This document shows positions 1 to 11,627 of a stretch of DNA of 64,000 bases, piece by piece (positions within the stretch are counted from its first letter, which is position 1; every line of letters begins with the position of its first letter). The notes beneath the pieces were generated by a model. It did no database searches. It was not told where the DNA came from and saw only the letters and a list, made by a program, of their open reading frames with translations. The position numbers and the translations under genes are program-made. Origin of the DNA: Phoronis australis (taxonomy: Eukaryota > Animalia > Phoronida); NCBI GenBank assembly GCA_002633005.1, contig NMRA01000166.1, positions 186,001 through 250,000 of the forward strand. Reading direction: 5' to 3'.

Positions 1-519
1 AGAAACCCAGAAAGGACATTGAAAATGGAGCTACAACTGTCCATGCAGCTTCCCCCTGCTAGTTCAAGTACTCGGGTAGGAAACCCAAACAACTGGACAA
101 CAAGATGTTAAAAATTGCACAACGGAAATCGAAGTATACATATTCTCAATTGGTGACAAAAGTGGTGTATTAGTAATAAGTTAACTGCAAAAAATGGGAT
201 CGCAAGAACAAAAACTAATTATAGAAAACTTTCGTTCACTAAAACTTGTGTTTACTCTCATGATCACAAGAAGCGAAAAGCAGACTGGTGTCAAAATGTA
301 AGACAGTTAATTCGCCTAGTGGTAAGTTTTTGAAGAAATTTTACATGATGTCGAAATTCAGCGTAGTGTATAGTGTTTTAGTTTCGCGGAGACATTTTTC
401 GATGGCCGATATAATGTCCTCCGTGATAAAATAAAAATCATCCCTAATTTGGTGAGCAGCCACGGTGGAGTCCCAATGCTATTTAAATAAATACATAAAC
501 AACGACGTGTTTCGGTAAC

Positions 520-1844
520 AAGGGGTCTCTCTGCAGCATTGCCTGTTCTGCATGCAATGACAGGGTGTGACGTCACAGTAGCACTGTATAGGAAAGGGAA
601 AGTGAGGCCTCTGGGAATCCTGATGAAAGACTCATCTGGGACACTTATCAGCTTCTTCTCAGAGTTAATAAGCATAGATGTCCCAGACGAAAGAAAGTTA
701 GAAGACATATGCCTCCTATTTAATGAAGGGAGGAGTCAAAGATGTCAATGAAGCGCCGATATCTGAAATTAATAGAGATGACTGGAAAAATAAACAAGGT
801 AATAACTGTAATTGATAAAACATAGTTCATAAAAGCAACGAAAATAATTTTAAATGGTTTCATAGTATTAAACCAAAAGGCCCAGGCGGTTTCACGTCAT
901 ACTTAAAAACAGTAAATGGTGGAGAGGTTTTAAGATTTTGTTCGTCAGCTCTTAGATAATTGGTCCCTCGTCCATTAAATTTTCTCAGTTTCAGGAAAAG
1001 TCGATGTCCAACATCAATAAAATTGACTGCGCACAGCCAATCTTTGGCATAGTTTCCTCCTTGCCGAAAGACACTGTTGAACTACCTCAAACGAACCCAT
1101 TTTTTGCCTTGCTCTGGGGTCAAGTGGATTCGGCCAAATCCGGGAAACGGTTGGATCCTCTTACCTACGGTTGGAAGGTACAAGATGGATACTACACTCC
1201 CGAATGGTTTTGTGGTTCTGCCGTTCTTGATGTCCTTTTCGAAGGTGCTGGTCTTGTACAAGAAAACCAAGCCGATCAAGAGGTACCGTAATTGGACTAA
1301 GACGAAACAAGCAAGCCCGAATCAAGCTGGAGTAGCAGTGACGAATCTGATATTGAAACGTATTAAAACTAACAGGAAACTACTGTTGACATTAAACATA
1401 TACAACTAGTAGCTTGATGTTCTAGTCGATACAGTGATTTTAATTATCTGTTACAATGCTGTTTGAAAGTGTTGCTTTATTTCATGTAGTTTATTTTGAT
1501 TAAAGAAGGTTTTTAAAAACACGTCTGTTACTTTTCTTTCAACGTAATGCTTAGTAGTCAATGGGATGAAAGAGCTCTTTGGAAATAATTTTCGTGACTC
1601 CTCGATCTAGCGCAAATTTAGGGGCCATATGTTTTCGCTGACGTATCCTTTCTGCTGGCAGTTTTGATAGCGTTTTATATTTTACACAATCTGCGTTCTT
1701 AAACTTCATTGAGTGGGTTGGTAATAGACAGTTCCTGGTATCCCAAAGTTTTACTGTTATCAGGTACTTTCCAAAATGCTCCACCATCATCCATTTGACA
1801 ACCAGTGTGAGAGCTCAGTAGACGCAAAAGTATAAACTCATCTA
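520..1844 (+). mobile_element. Degraded 3' part of an Academ-like (XPG/FEN1-nuclease-domain) DNA transposon
   Basis: Frameshifted fragments LPVLHAMTGCDVTVALYRKGK (H3TH 'GCD' motif), FPPCRKTLLNYLKRTHF.ALLW and DPLTYGWKVQDGYYTPEWFCG, then an acidic tail ending ~1367. Apparent GT..AG intron ~799-994. Possible terminus ...aactcatCTA at 1844. Family assigned from recalled AcademX architecture. Confidence 0.6.
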
Positions 1845-1849
1845 ATATG

Positions 1850-1900
1850 CAGTGGCGGATTTAGGGGGGCAAGGGGGCCATGTCGCCACCCCCCCTAAAA
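1850..1900. mobile_element. MITE terminus (CAGTGGCGGATTTAGG family), cut by contig join
   Basis: Same terminal motif as the complete 5-bp-TSD copies elsewhere in the window; 'n' at 1901. Confidence 0.55.
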
Positions 1901-2076
1901 NAAACAAAGCATAGGCCCTGAACACACCCCGTTTAAACCGTTTGTTTTAGTCAACAGGTCCGCAAACCTAAAATTCGGGACCTCTGCATCCCCACAATTA
2001 GGCTGGGCGCGCGCATCTGCCGAAATTCTGGTTATTCCTCTGCCTCACCAACTAAAACTCCTGGATCCTTTTAGGG

Positions 2077-2798
2077 TTTCTGCCAGGCACAATCCAGAGT
2101 GAATTTTGTCTGTCACAGGGCATTGAGTGTATTGAACCTCATGGAATTGCCGTTTTGCGTTGTACCTCGAATGTATGTGCCAGCTCATTTTTTGGGGGGA
2201 GGGCTTTTTTGGTTTCTGCAGAAATTCCAGAGTGCACTGAATTCTGCCATGGAACATTTGGTGTTCAGTGCGTTACTATTGTTTGTTTAAAACCAGTTTT
2301 GGCCGGTACCTCGAAAATCTAGTCTAGCTCAAATTTGATGGCATACCGTGGTTGACTGTTCTGCCGGGCACAATCCAGAATGTAATTTGCCCTACGTCAT
2401 ACTATAGGGCATTAGTGATCTGTGACATGGAATTGGTTTTGTGTAGTAGGCTACCTCGAATGTATGTGCTAGCTCATTTTGGGGGGTCCTTTTTTGCTTT
2501 CTGGCGCCGGGACCCATTCCATTGAGAGTGCAATTTGTTCGTTTGTCATGAGTGGGTCATTCGGTGTTCCGAACAGCCTAAATGAGTGCGGATTGTTTAT
2601 GAGTTTTGGTTGGTACCTCGAATATCTGGTCTATCTAATTTTTTGGGCCTTTTGTAAGGCCCCCAGCTAGGGGTCACACCCAGAGTGCGGACAACGGCAG
2701 ACGTCCATTTCTGTACATACTTAGGTGGACTCTGATGCTCCCGTGGTCATCTATGCTAAGTGCTCTGCCAGTGCCGGGGCTGCTGCCGCCGGGTCTAG
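2077..2798 (+). mobile_element. Helitron-like non-autonomous element with internal degenerate tandem repeats
   Basis: Degenerate repeat units of ~280 bp (ttctgcc.ggcacaatccaga...tacctcgaatgtatgtgc.agctcatttt) start at ~2077 and ~2359. 3' GC-rich hairpin ccggggctgctgccgccgg followed by CTAG (2795-2798) then T. Confidence 0.45.
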
Positions 2799-3144
2799 TA
2801 GTAGTAGGCTAAATCTGGTGTTTCAAACTAAAGTTAAAACTGTGGGACAACGATAATTTATGTGGAAAACTGCGGCCATTTTCAAGCCCACTTTCTAACT
2901 GGGAGCACCTCTGAACACGTGAGTACCCCGCCACTCCCACTGAACCGCTCCGCCTGAGCAGCATTTCAAACTGGCGACGATATGAATACACCTGTGAGTC
3001 ACCTACCGACAGGTGTCTGCGTCAGCGGAAAATTAAGATACGCATGCGTCGATCACCAATTCTCGTTCTCGCTTCCAAGGGCGAGGTCAAGTTGCCGCCT
3101 TACAAATTCATTCAACCTGGAACAATTCCAACAAGTGTGCCAGG

Positions 3145-3189
3145 ATGTCCGATCCAACGCCTCTACCAGAAGTTGAACTTTTCATTAAG
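3145..3189 (+). CDS. CLIC: CLIC family chloride intracellular channel, coding exon 1 (MSDPTPLPEVELFIK)
   Basis: ATG at 3145, typical CLIC N-terminal 'VELFIK', phase-0 donor aag|gtgaga joining in frame to ASYDKEKQGGCPMC. Confidence 0.85.
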
Positions 3190-3885
3190 GTGAGACCTCT
3201 ATGCTTTCACTTCAAAGAGTATATATAAAATGTCAAATGATTCTTGTGCTGTGAATGCGTTTCACAGGCAAACGATGAAGGATTCTCTCAACGAACACCA
3301 AGGCATCGCGTTTCCCGTTAAACACTGAACTTGTGTACTCAAGTGTGACAAATTAAACTGTTCACATGTCATATATGATAAATCGTTTTCATTCAATAAC
3401 TTTGAAAGTTTGACTTGGAAGTGTGTCTTTTTTCACGAATCGTCTAATCCCCTACCTAATCGTTTTTTATTCAAACTTAAATTGTTAGGCTACTAAGACC
3501 TCCATTCTTTCTCCTGATTTATTATTAATCATCAACAAGGCAACATATGAGTCGTGTCACACTCTTGATTTCCTGTGTCCAACTCATCTAATAAGTTCAA
3601 AAATAACGTGTTCTTAGTATTTAGGTTGATGAGATTTATAATGCTTTCAGAAAGACAAACTGGTATTTGATTACAGATTGAGCACTCACGCTGTGTTTCA
3701 GAATTATGTATCAAATACAAACCACTTTTGTTTCTGTGTCCAGCAAGTACTGAGCTTTTCAGTTATTCTGTTTGCTAACTGAATTAACTATGAAAAGATA
3801 TGGACATAATTTACTGCCTACTTTACTTAAGTCGTCTATACCCACTTTCCATCATTAACCAACTTTTGATTTAGACCACTTAAAC

Positions 3886-4018
3886 CAGGGGTGGATCCAG
3901 AGTATTAGCCAGGATTTTGCCCATCAAACATTCGCGCCCCCGAAGTGCCAAATTGAGAGAATTTTAGGGGGGGCTATAACCCCTTGGCTCTTCCCCTGCC
4001 CCCTTAAATCCACCACTG
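3886..4018. mobile_element. MITE with CAG..CTG termini and 5-bp TSD
   Basis: Termini caggggtggatcc / aaatccaccactg, flanked by TAAAC at 3881-3885 and 4019-4023. Confidence 0.75.
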
Positions 4019-4493
4019 TAAACCATTATGAAATTTGCCTTAATTTTTTCTGTAATTACATAACAGGTGATTTCAGGACTTCCAAAGGACTGACAGTTGT
4101 TGCTGTAGGTCAACTTCTACAAGTTGGTTCGCCACAGTGAACCGTTTTATGCACTGTGCATGTTCTCAAGGAATAAAAATCTGTCACTGTCAGGTGAATG
4201 CAAACCTAGAAATCATTTTTCATCAGATGATAAGATCAGTTTTAATGCAATCAGTGGTCTGAATCAAAAGTTTACTTGTTGAATGTGACATGGGTTTACA
4301 GTCACTTTACTAGTAATGTTAAAGGAGAATGCCACCCAAAGAACAACCTATTTTGTATCAACTTAGATTGAGTAGTTCTACTTTATAAGGGCACGTTTGG
4401 TTGCGTTACCTGACGACAGACGGAAGTGTTGAAATTATCCAATGACATCATTAGTTTCACACGCAGTCTGTTCAGCACAACACGGGTTACTGG

Positions 4494-4986
4494 CAGGCCT
4501 TTAGGCAGCATAGGTCCTGGGCGTCCAAATGGACGCCCTAGCACTAATCTGGATGCCCAGGCAAGGATGCCCAATGTATCATTTGGAGGCCCACTGTCAA
4601 TAGGAACCTTTCAAGTTTGGACTCACACATTGTAATGAATACTAGGAAGCCTCTGAAGGCTCACAGTGGGGGGGGCTCTTTTTTCAAAGCAGGAAGAAAT
4701 ATACAATGTATATACAAAGTATATGCATTGTTGCTATTTTGACACTTGATTGACAGCATAGTAAAAGTCTTGGTCTCCATTTTTTTTTAGTGAAAATGCT
4801 CACCATAGAAGGCTGTTTTATAAACTTAGATGTAAAAACCTTGATCTATGCATTTTTTGTAAAAAAATCTGTGTGTTTGGGGGTACTGCTGGGGGTGGGG
4901 GGTTACGCGTCGGAATCATGGATGCCCTGGAATATTGGGAACCCCATTTTGGACACCCTATTTTCAAAATCCTAGATAAAGGCCTA
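4494..4986. mobile_element. hAT-type MITE nested in the Kolobok element
   Basis: Imperfect TIR caggccttta / taaaggccta, 8-bp TSD gttactgg (4486-4493) / gttactga (4987-4994). Confidence 0.65.
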
Positions 4987-5964
4987 GTTACTGATGTCAA
5001 CTTATTGCTTGAATTCATCGTTTAACACCAATAGGTCATCAAACTTTGATGTAAAACCATAAAAAATACGCCGAGTTCTTATAGAAACGTGTTGTTTTAT
5101 TTCGCTGTTACAGCGGACACAGTGGACACACCCGTTGCCTACAATGTTCGGCAGGCCAATTTACCAAGGTCCGCCGTAGCAGGAGTTTGGGGTCTGTTTG
5201 GAGATGAATTCGAAGTATTCTACCATGAAATACAGACAAGGGAACCTAGATCTGTGTTGTTTAGACTTGTGATTTTTTTAGTTCTGAACCAACTAAACGC
5301 TTGTTATCCCGGCCAGTGGCTCGCACCTGATCCGGCCCGTCGCAGCTGCCGGGACTGGCACGAACATAAACCAGCTTGAGTTGGAGAAACTAAACCTTCA
5401 GTCACGAAAAGACTATACTAGTGAGCCAAAGAAATAATTTGCAAGTAATTATATATGTGAATTAGCTACGAAACTGAAAATCTACTTACTTAATTTTGTC
5501 GGGGGCTGCGAAGTCGAGTTCCCCTTCCGCAGACCGTTAGGGCAAAGGCTGTACAGTAACAATGAGTTCAATAATGTATTTGTATTTCTAAATAAAGATT
5601 TCCCTAACATGTGACCATAGCCGGCATCAAAAGCCAGTAACGCAGTGGTTTATTGATTGCTGGCTCCTCAACATTTAGGTATTACAAATTGTATCTAATG
5701 AGACAGACTTTGTTTCAGTTTTAAGCTTTGGTTAGGATGAGAATAATTCATTTTCAAACAGAATGCAGAATAATAAACATCTACATGGCAACTCGCCCGG
5801 TGCCAATCCCGACTTAGTCAAGAGCTCATCCGACGAAGACTTCACGGGTCGGATCATTAGGTTTCACAGGCTATCAGTTCGAACGGGAATACACTGATCA
5901 AGAAATACTAGAGAGGCATCGTGAACATGTAACGGAACGTATGGATAGTTCTTTGGTAAGCCGG

Positions 5965-6187
5965 AATTCGTCAGAGAAATCACTGTCAACGAAATGCCGG
6001 CCACAGACACGAAGATGTTTCACGGCCTAATACTTGCTATTACAGCGTACCTTTCATTCTTCACTACCGCGAACCACTTCCTAAGCATTTCGGGCTCTCG
6101 AGGAAGTCGAAAAAAAGGATATACCCGCTTTCTTGGCAGCTTCATAGGTCGGACAAGCGGGAACGATGCCCTGTAATATAGCGGCAT
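5965..6187 (-). pseudogene. Frameshifted THAP zinc-finger (transposase N-terminus) remnant
   Basis: Joined frames give IVPACPTYEAAKKAGISFF/RLPREPEMLRKWFAVVK...KHLRVCGRHFVDSDF, matching the THAP C..C / P..W / CxxHF signature. Confidence 0.7.
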
Positions 6188-6569
6188 TCACTCTGCAGAC
6201 GAACCACTGACATCGTTTCTCACCTTCCTCACAGGTTAATGCGACACCTTTCGGCAAGGTGAGGTCGACCGTATGAAGAGGCGATGTAGATATAGATTGA
6301 TTAAGACGGTATACAAGACTAATTAAATCGGGTGGCATTCTCCTTTAAAGTGAGCACTGTATAAGTAATACAACTATTAACTTGGGACATCCAGTTTCAC
6401 TTGATGACAAGTGTGTAATGCTTTGATTTAATTTTGCGATCATCACGAAAATCAGGTTATGAAATAAGGCAGTGAACGCTTGTTGTTATCTAGGGTATTC
6501 TACGGTTGGAATTGAATTTGTTATTTTTGGCTAGATTAGCTACTTCATTTACTATGTACGTGTATACAT

Positions 6570-7090
6570 ATATTTATATTTGCGGGTGCATCACCATCCC
6601 TGTCTATCTGGCGTCTGCTGCTGTATCTCCAGAACCCCTCAATGGATGTTTGGAAATTTTGCAGACATGTTCCTGTCCTGGATGAGACAGCATGACCGAA
6701 TTTCTAGATGGATCACGCTACTGTAGTTCACCGTAGTGACAATTTTACTATTTTATACATTTTTCCTCTGTATCTTTGAAATTCCTCATCGTATTTTCAT
6801 GAAATTTTGCAATTCTATTAAGGAGACAACGATGCCTTCTTGTTTATAGATGGATTCACTGTATTCTGTGCTCCTTAGTGGTCATTTTTACTGTGTTTTT
6901 TGCATATCTCTCTACCTGCGAAACCACTCTTCAGGATGATCATGAAAATTGATAAATTTTTTCAAGCTGGGAAGGGGATGACTGAGTATGATTTTCGCTG
7001 CCTCCTAGTGTCATCTTTTTTGCGTATGCATCTGTATCTCATGAATCCCCCTTTGCAGGAAATTTGTTAAATTTGGCCAGTGTATATAAT
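6570..7090 (+). mobile_element. Degenerate copy of the Helentron-associated element at 16120-17277
   Basis: Shares blocks such as ctgctgtatctccagaacccc, atgaaattt, gatggat.c, ctagtgg.catttttactg with the 16120-17277 element. Confidence 0.55.
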
Positions 7091-8486
7091 AAAACTCTGT
7101 CTTGTTTTACTTATACAGATATTTACTTTCATTGAGTTCAACTCCAAAATGTGATTCATCAGTTTTGGAAAGATTTTAACACAATTTTCAACAGAAGCTG
7201 ATAATTGACAACTGAGCAACAAATCAAAAAGATAAGATAGGAAGATCATAGGAAACTTGCAACAACATCCTGTAGAAGATGTGTAACCTATGGAATATAA
7301 TGCCATTAGGGGGCTACGGTGGTAAATGGTTCAGTGTGCAATTTTGGTTTAATTTTTATTAGTCGAAGTTGACGCTTTCCACTAAAAAGCAAACAGGAGC
7401 TAGTCTGGAGAAATAAGGTCAATAGTTATTCTTTGAAAGCTTATAAAAATGTAATTGATAGATTTATTATTTTTAATTTAAGTTATCATATAGGTGGAAG
7501 ACAATGTACGTGGGTTGTCTCTTGTGTAGAACATAAAATAATGTGTCTGTGTGCATTCTTATTAGATTTGAAGTACCAAATATTAAGATTACAATAGAAT
7601 ATATATAAAAAGTAACTAATTAGTAAAATGTCTTTTCATTTACGTGCATTTTGAAACATCATCGCATTTGTTGTCAGGTAAACACACTAGGTGTATAAAT
7701 CATATTTTTATTTATTGTGCAACATCCATATCTTGTTCAATGAACTATTTCCTATGTTGCACTCAGTAGTGTCATCGGCAGCATGAGGCAAGGAAATGGC
7801 CCAGTGATTTGTGTGGTGCTGAATCCGTAAAGAATTCAGGCTACAAAGTGGAATTGGCGGTGCGGGTGGTGACCGATTATTCGCATACGACAGGCAATAC
7901 ATACAGTTGTGCACTAGAAATTAATTTGGATCTAAAACCAATTTGTTTCATTCATGTGAATTCTGAGTGTTGGTAGTATCGTTGATGTAATATAGGATGA
8001 TTCACTCATTGATTGGTGCAAGTACTGTATGTTTATTAGTGAAGGACAACAGGTCGCCACTGAGTTTCCTCTGCTGACCATACTAGTTGACTGACATATA
8101 GTTAGAGTACACATCTTGAGTTCTTACTTAAGTGTGAGAGCTACCATTGGTTATCATGCTGATAATACTAAAGTTGGGAATTCCTTAATCGCTGATAACA
8201 AGCGATGTCATTGCTAGGTGGCACCCTTGACATTCTGACTGTGTGCAGTGTCAGCTGATAGGGTGCCCTCCCATCTCATTCCACTGTGACTAAACTGATG
8301 TAGGTCGCCTAGATTCAGGTGCAGAAATTAATGACTCTGGGGATATTCCTTGCACAAGAGAGTGTGAGAGCCACTGACACACTTATGTAGATTGTGGCCT
8401 TTCTGTGTCCTGTGCCGTTTTCGAAAGTCATTATTTTGGTTCACGGAAACTTTTTGTTTCTTAATACACGAGTTATCATCAGGCCT

Positions 8487-9930
8487 TGGAATTTTCCTTT
8501 TTTAAGAGGACTTTACTCTTTTTGGTTTTGATTTCCTCTTATTTTGATTTCCAGTTTTCTCTTTTTTCGTCTATTTGTTATCGTTATTTTGTCTTTATGC
8601 TTTCAAAAACGTTTATTTCATCTGAATTTTATAACACAAGAAATATTTCTATCACACAAGCCTATTTATTTGAGAACGTTACATCACCTGGAGAATTCTC
8701 CTCTTTTTGTCATTGGTCATTCCAAGCCCTATATTATTCTTAATTACACATGATCAAACCTGGAACGGACTAAATAGAGCTATTGATAGTATCAATGGGA
8801 AGACTGACTGAAATTTGCATTTTTGGCTTTGGTCTTCAAAGCTGTATATAGAAAAAGAGGAATTTGTGTGAGTTAAGTTCAGAGTAGGTCCACTAATGGT
8901 GTTGAAAAAAATGGGTTTGTAGGTATGTTTAATGCAGTTGCGTTTTTCCCAATTTGAGAGTTAGGCCAGATTGCCGAAAGGAGAATGTGCAATGGCATTT
9001 GAATCCATCCCTCACAAGTGACTGGTGAACTACTGTGCTTTGAAGCCAGCTAGTGGGCTCTCTAAGGGCTTCTGTTTTATGGGTCTTATGGTATACTGCA
9101 GGTAATTTTTGGGGTGAAGAGAAAATTCCACCTACCGATCACCATTAATAGCACCCTCCAACTCTGCCTCAAGTAGCCAAAACTAAGATTTTGTCCTCTT
9201 TCAAATCGTCACCTGGGTTAGGGAATGGGGCCAATATTCGGCCCCAAAGTCGAAAGATTGATGTCCCTTTACTGCTTGGAAGAATTTGAGCTGTGGGTCA
9301 AGTTTGACCTCTGAGTGGCATGTACCGTGTGTTTTGAATCCTGAACTTCATTTCAAGTCTTTTTCATTGTTTGTCAAGCAAAGTTTGAAATACTTCTATT
9401 TAGGCAGCGATTTTATCCCTGTCTTCACATTCTCATGCGGTTGATTTCTATCCAATGAACTTTAAGCATTTCACTGGTTATCCTATTTATTTTAGAAAAT
9501 ACAAGCCTGCATCTTAGTTCATAACCCACAGCATCTAAATTGCAATGTTGTTTGGGGTCATCAGCCTGTTGATTGGTTCCCATGATATCCGGATGGGAGA
9601 CTATCAATGTTCTGGGGAGTGCCAGTCTTGAAAGGAATTACCTAGATCAGGGGTCTGTTTCATGAAAAATGACTTAGGTCTTACATTCCTGCTTCACAAG
9701 TACAATGGTTTGGAATTTTCCTTCTTTCAGAGGATTTCCTCTTTTTTGGTTTCGATTTCCAGTTTCCTCTTTTTTCATCTCGTCATCATTTATTTTGACT
9801 TCATTCATGTAAAAACATTTATATAAGTTAAATTTTACAACACAAGAACCACACAAGCCTATTTAATTGTGGAACGATACATCACCTGGAAAATTTTCCT
9901 GTTTTTTTGTCATTGGTCATTCCAAGTCTT
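8487..9930 (+). repeat. Diverged ~240-bp direct repeat pair (~8487-8730 and ~9711-9930)
   Basis: Both read ggaattt(t)cc...ttttggttt.gatttcc...acacaagcctattta...acatcacctgga.aatt.tcc...ttttgtcattggtcattccaag. Confidence 0.75.
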
Positions 9931-11459
9931 GAATTACTGAATAACATGTAAGCCATGTGATTATAGACACATCTGAAGTCAGAACCTTGAAAAAATTTAT
10001 GCAAATTCCTCAGTAACTAGAGGTATTGGGCATATTCTCAGATACTTCGTATTTTTTATCAAGACAGATTTAATTATTTTTCAGAAATACAGTAATTGTG
10101 TGGAGACCAAATTTCTGACCTATAACTTGTCAAGAAACCGATGCCAGGTGGTTTAGGAACCGCCCCAATGTTTTACGTCTGCTTTTAATGATGTCACTTA
10201 TAATGTTTCATTGGATTGGCATATTCACTGAATCAATGTAAGTTTTTGTTTCTATGCAGGAAAACTATTAAAACGAAATACACATTTTTTAATTGTTTGG
10301 CCTACTATACCTATGTTAGCTTGAACAGCCATTCGAAAGCCATGTTTAGCAGTGGGTTCAGGCGTACTATTTCCAAATAAGCAGTTGTGTGCCTAGCTAC
10401 GGTGGCAGCTACTTTTAGTTCTGAGCTTCTGAACCATTTGGCCAACTATTACAGTTTCAGTTGTAGGTGGCTTGCATCCTGTTTTGACTTATATTACACT
10501 CATGTGGGTTGACCTTACAATACTGACCTTGCAGTACTGACCTTGCAGTACCAATCTCCTGCTCAACATTAATCTTGCTCCAGCTGTTACTCTCTTACCA
10601 GCAGTCTGAAGCATTATCTAAATGGAAATTTTTACTTGTTTTTTCTGAGTACCGCGCCAGACAACCTGACCAGAGTTTAAAAGGATACCAAACCTGGCTT
10701 TGATCCAATAACAGATATTAAAAATGACTTTCCCATCCAGTTCTCTGAAACAAAATAATGTCCTGCAACCTCCAACGACCCTCAAAAGTTTGGACCAAAT
10801 TTTGAAAAGTCGTTACAAAACCTGCCAGACAACAAGCATGACCTTTGCTTTAGGCGAGCTTCAGGACAACTGTTAGGGGAATGATCATCCACCAAGAGCC
10901 ATAATATCCACTCTTTGAAATTGGTACAGGGATATTCCTGGACTGCACCTTTGTGCCATTAGCGCTTGAAAAAATATAAAGGCACAAGTATACCCCAGCA
11001 TCTTTTAAAACACAACATTCTTCCAAAAATGCAACTTGGGTAAAACATGACTGTTGTTATTTTGATTGCCCTTGGGGTTTCTGTTTCTTATGTTACCACT
11101 TAAAATACACTAAGTCCCCTGGGCACAACTTTTTGAAAAATGACAGACTTATTATAATCAGGTGCATCCAAAGGGCACAGGTTTAAACCTGGTCAACAAT
11201 ATCCCTGTCAGTATGTGACTTCAGTTGAATCCTGCTTTTATCAGTGAAGTGAGATGACAGTGGTGCATTTCCAGTTGACAGAACAAGGATTAGTTAAAAT
11301 CATCAAAACAGGGTTTATTATTTTTTTAAGCAAAAATCCAAAGACAGTGTAGGCTGTGTTTTTTAAATGCTCATGTTTTTTGCTCTGCTGTGTCTTGTCA
11401 CTAGTCTCTGACTACTATGTTTTTTTATGGAATTTAACTGTTTCCGTTTGTACGACGTG

Positions 11460-11627
11460 CTATGGTACAAACAAGGCTAATCCTATGGTACAAACAAGGC
11501 TGATCCTATGGTACAAACAAGGCTGATACTATGGTACAAACAAGGCTGATCCTTTGGTACAAACAAGGCTGATCCTATGGTACAAACAAGGCTGATCCTA
11601 TGGTACAAACAAGGCTGATCCTATGGT
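11460..11627 (+). repeat. 23-bp minisatellite, ~7 copies
   Basis: Unit tatggtacaaacaaggctgatcc repeated head-to-tail, with no unique spacers. Confidence 0.95.

Larger units (their letters stand above)
4323..6344. mobile_element. Kolobok-type DNA transposon deletion derivative (TTAA TSD)
   Basis: Perfect 15-bp TIR aggagaatgccaccc / gggtggcattctcct, TTAA on both sides (4319-4322, 6345-6348). Internal remnants: a THAP domain on - and a YQFExEY-type ORF start on +. Confidence 0.8.

Noticed and set aside
11460-11627. Regular 23-bp repeats resembling a CRISPR array
   Set aside because: Units are contiguous with no unique spacers, there are no cas genes, and it lies in a eukaryotic intron: a minisatellite.
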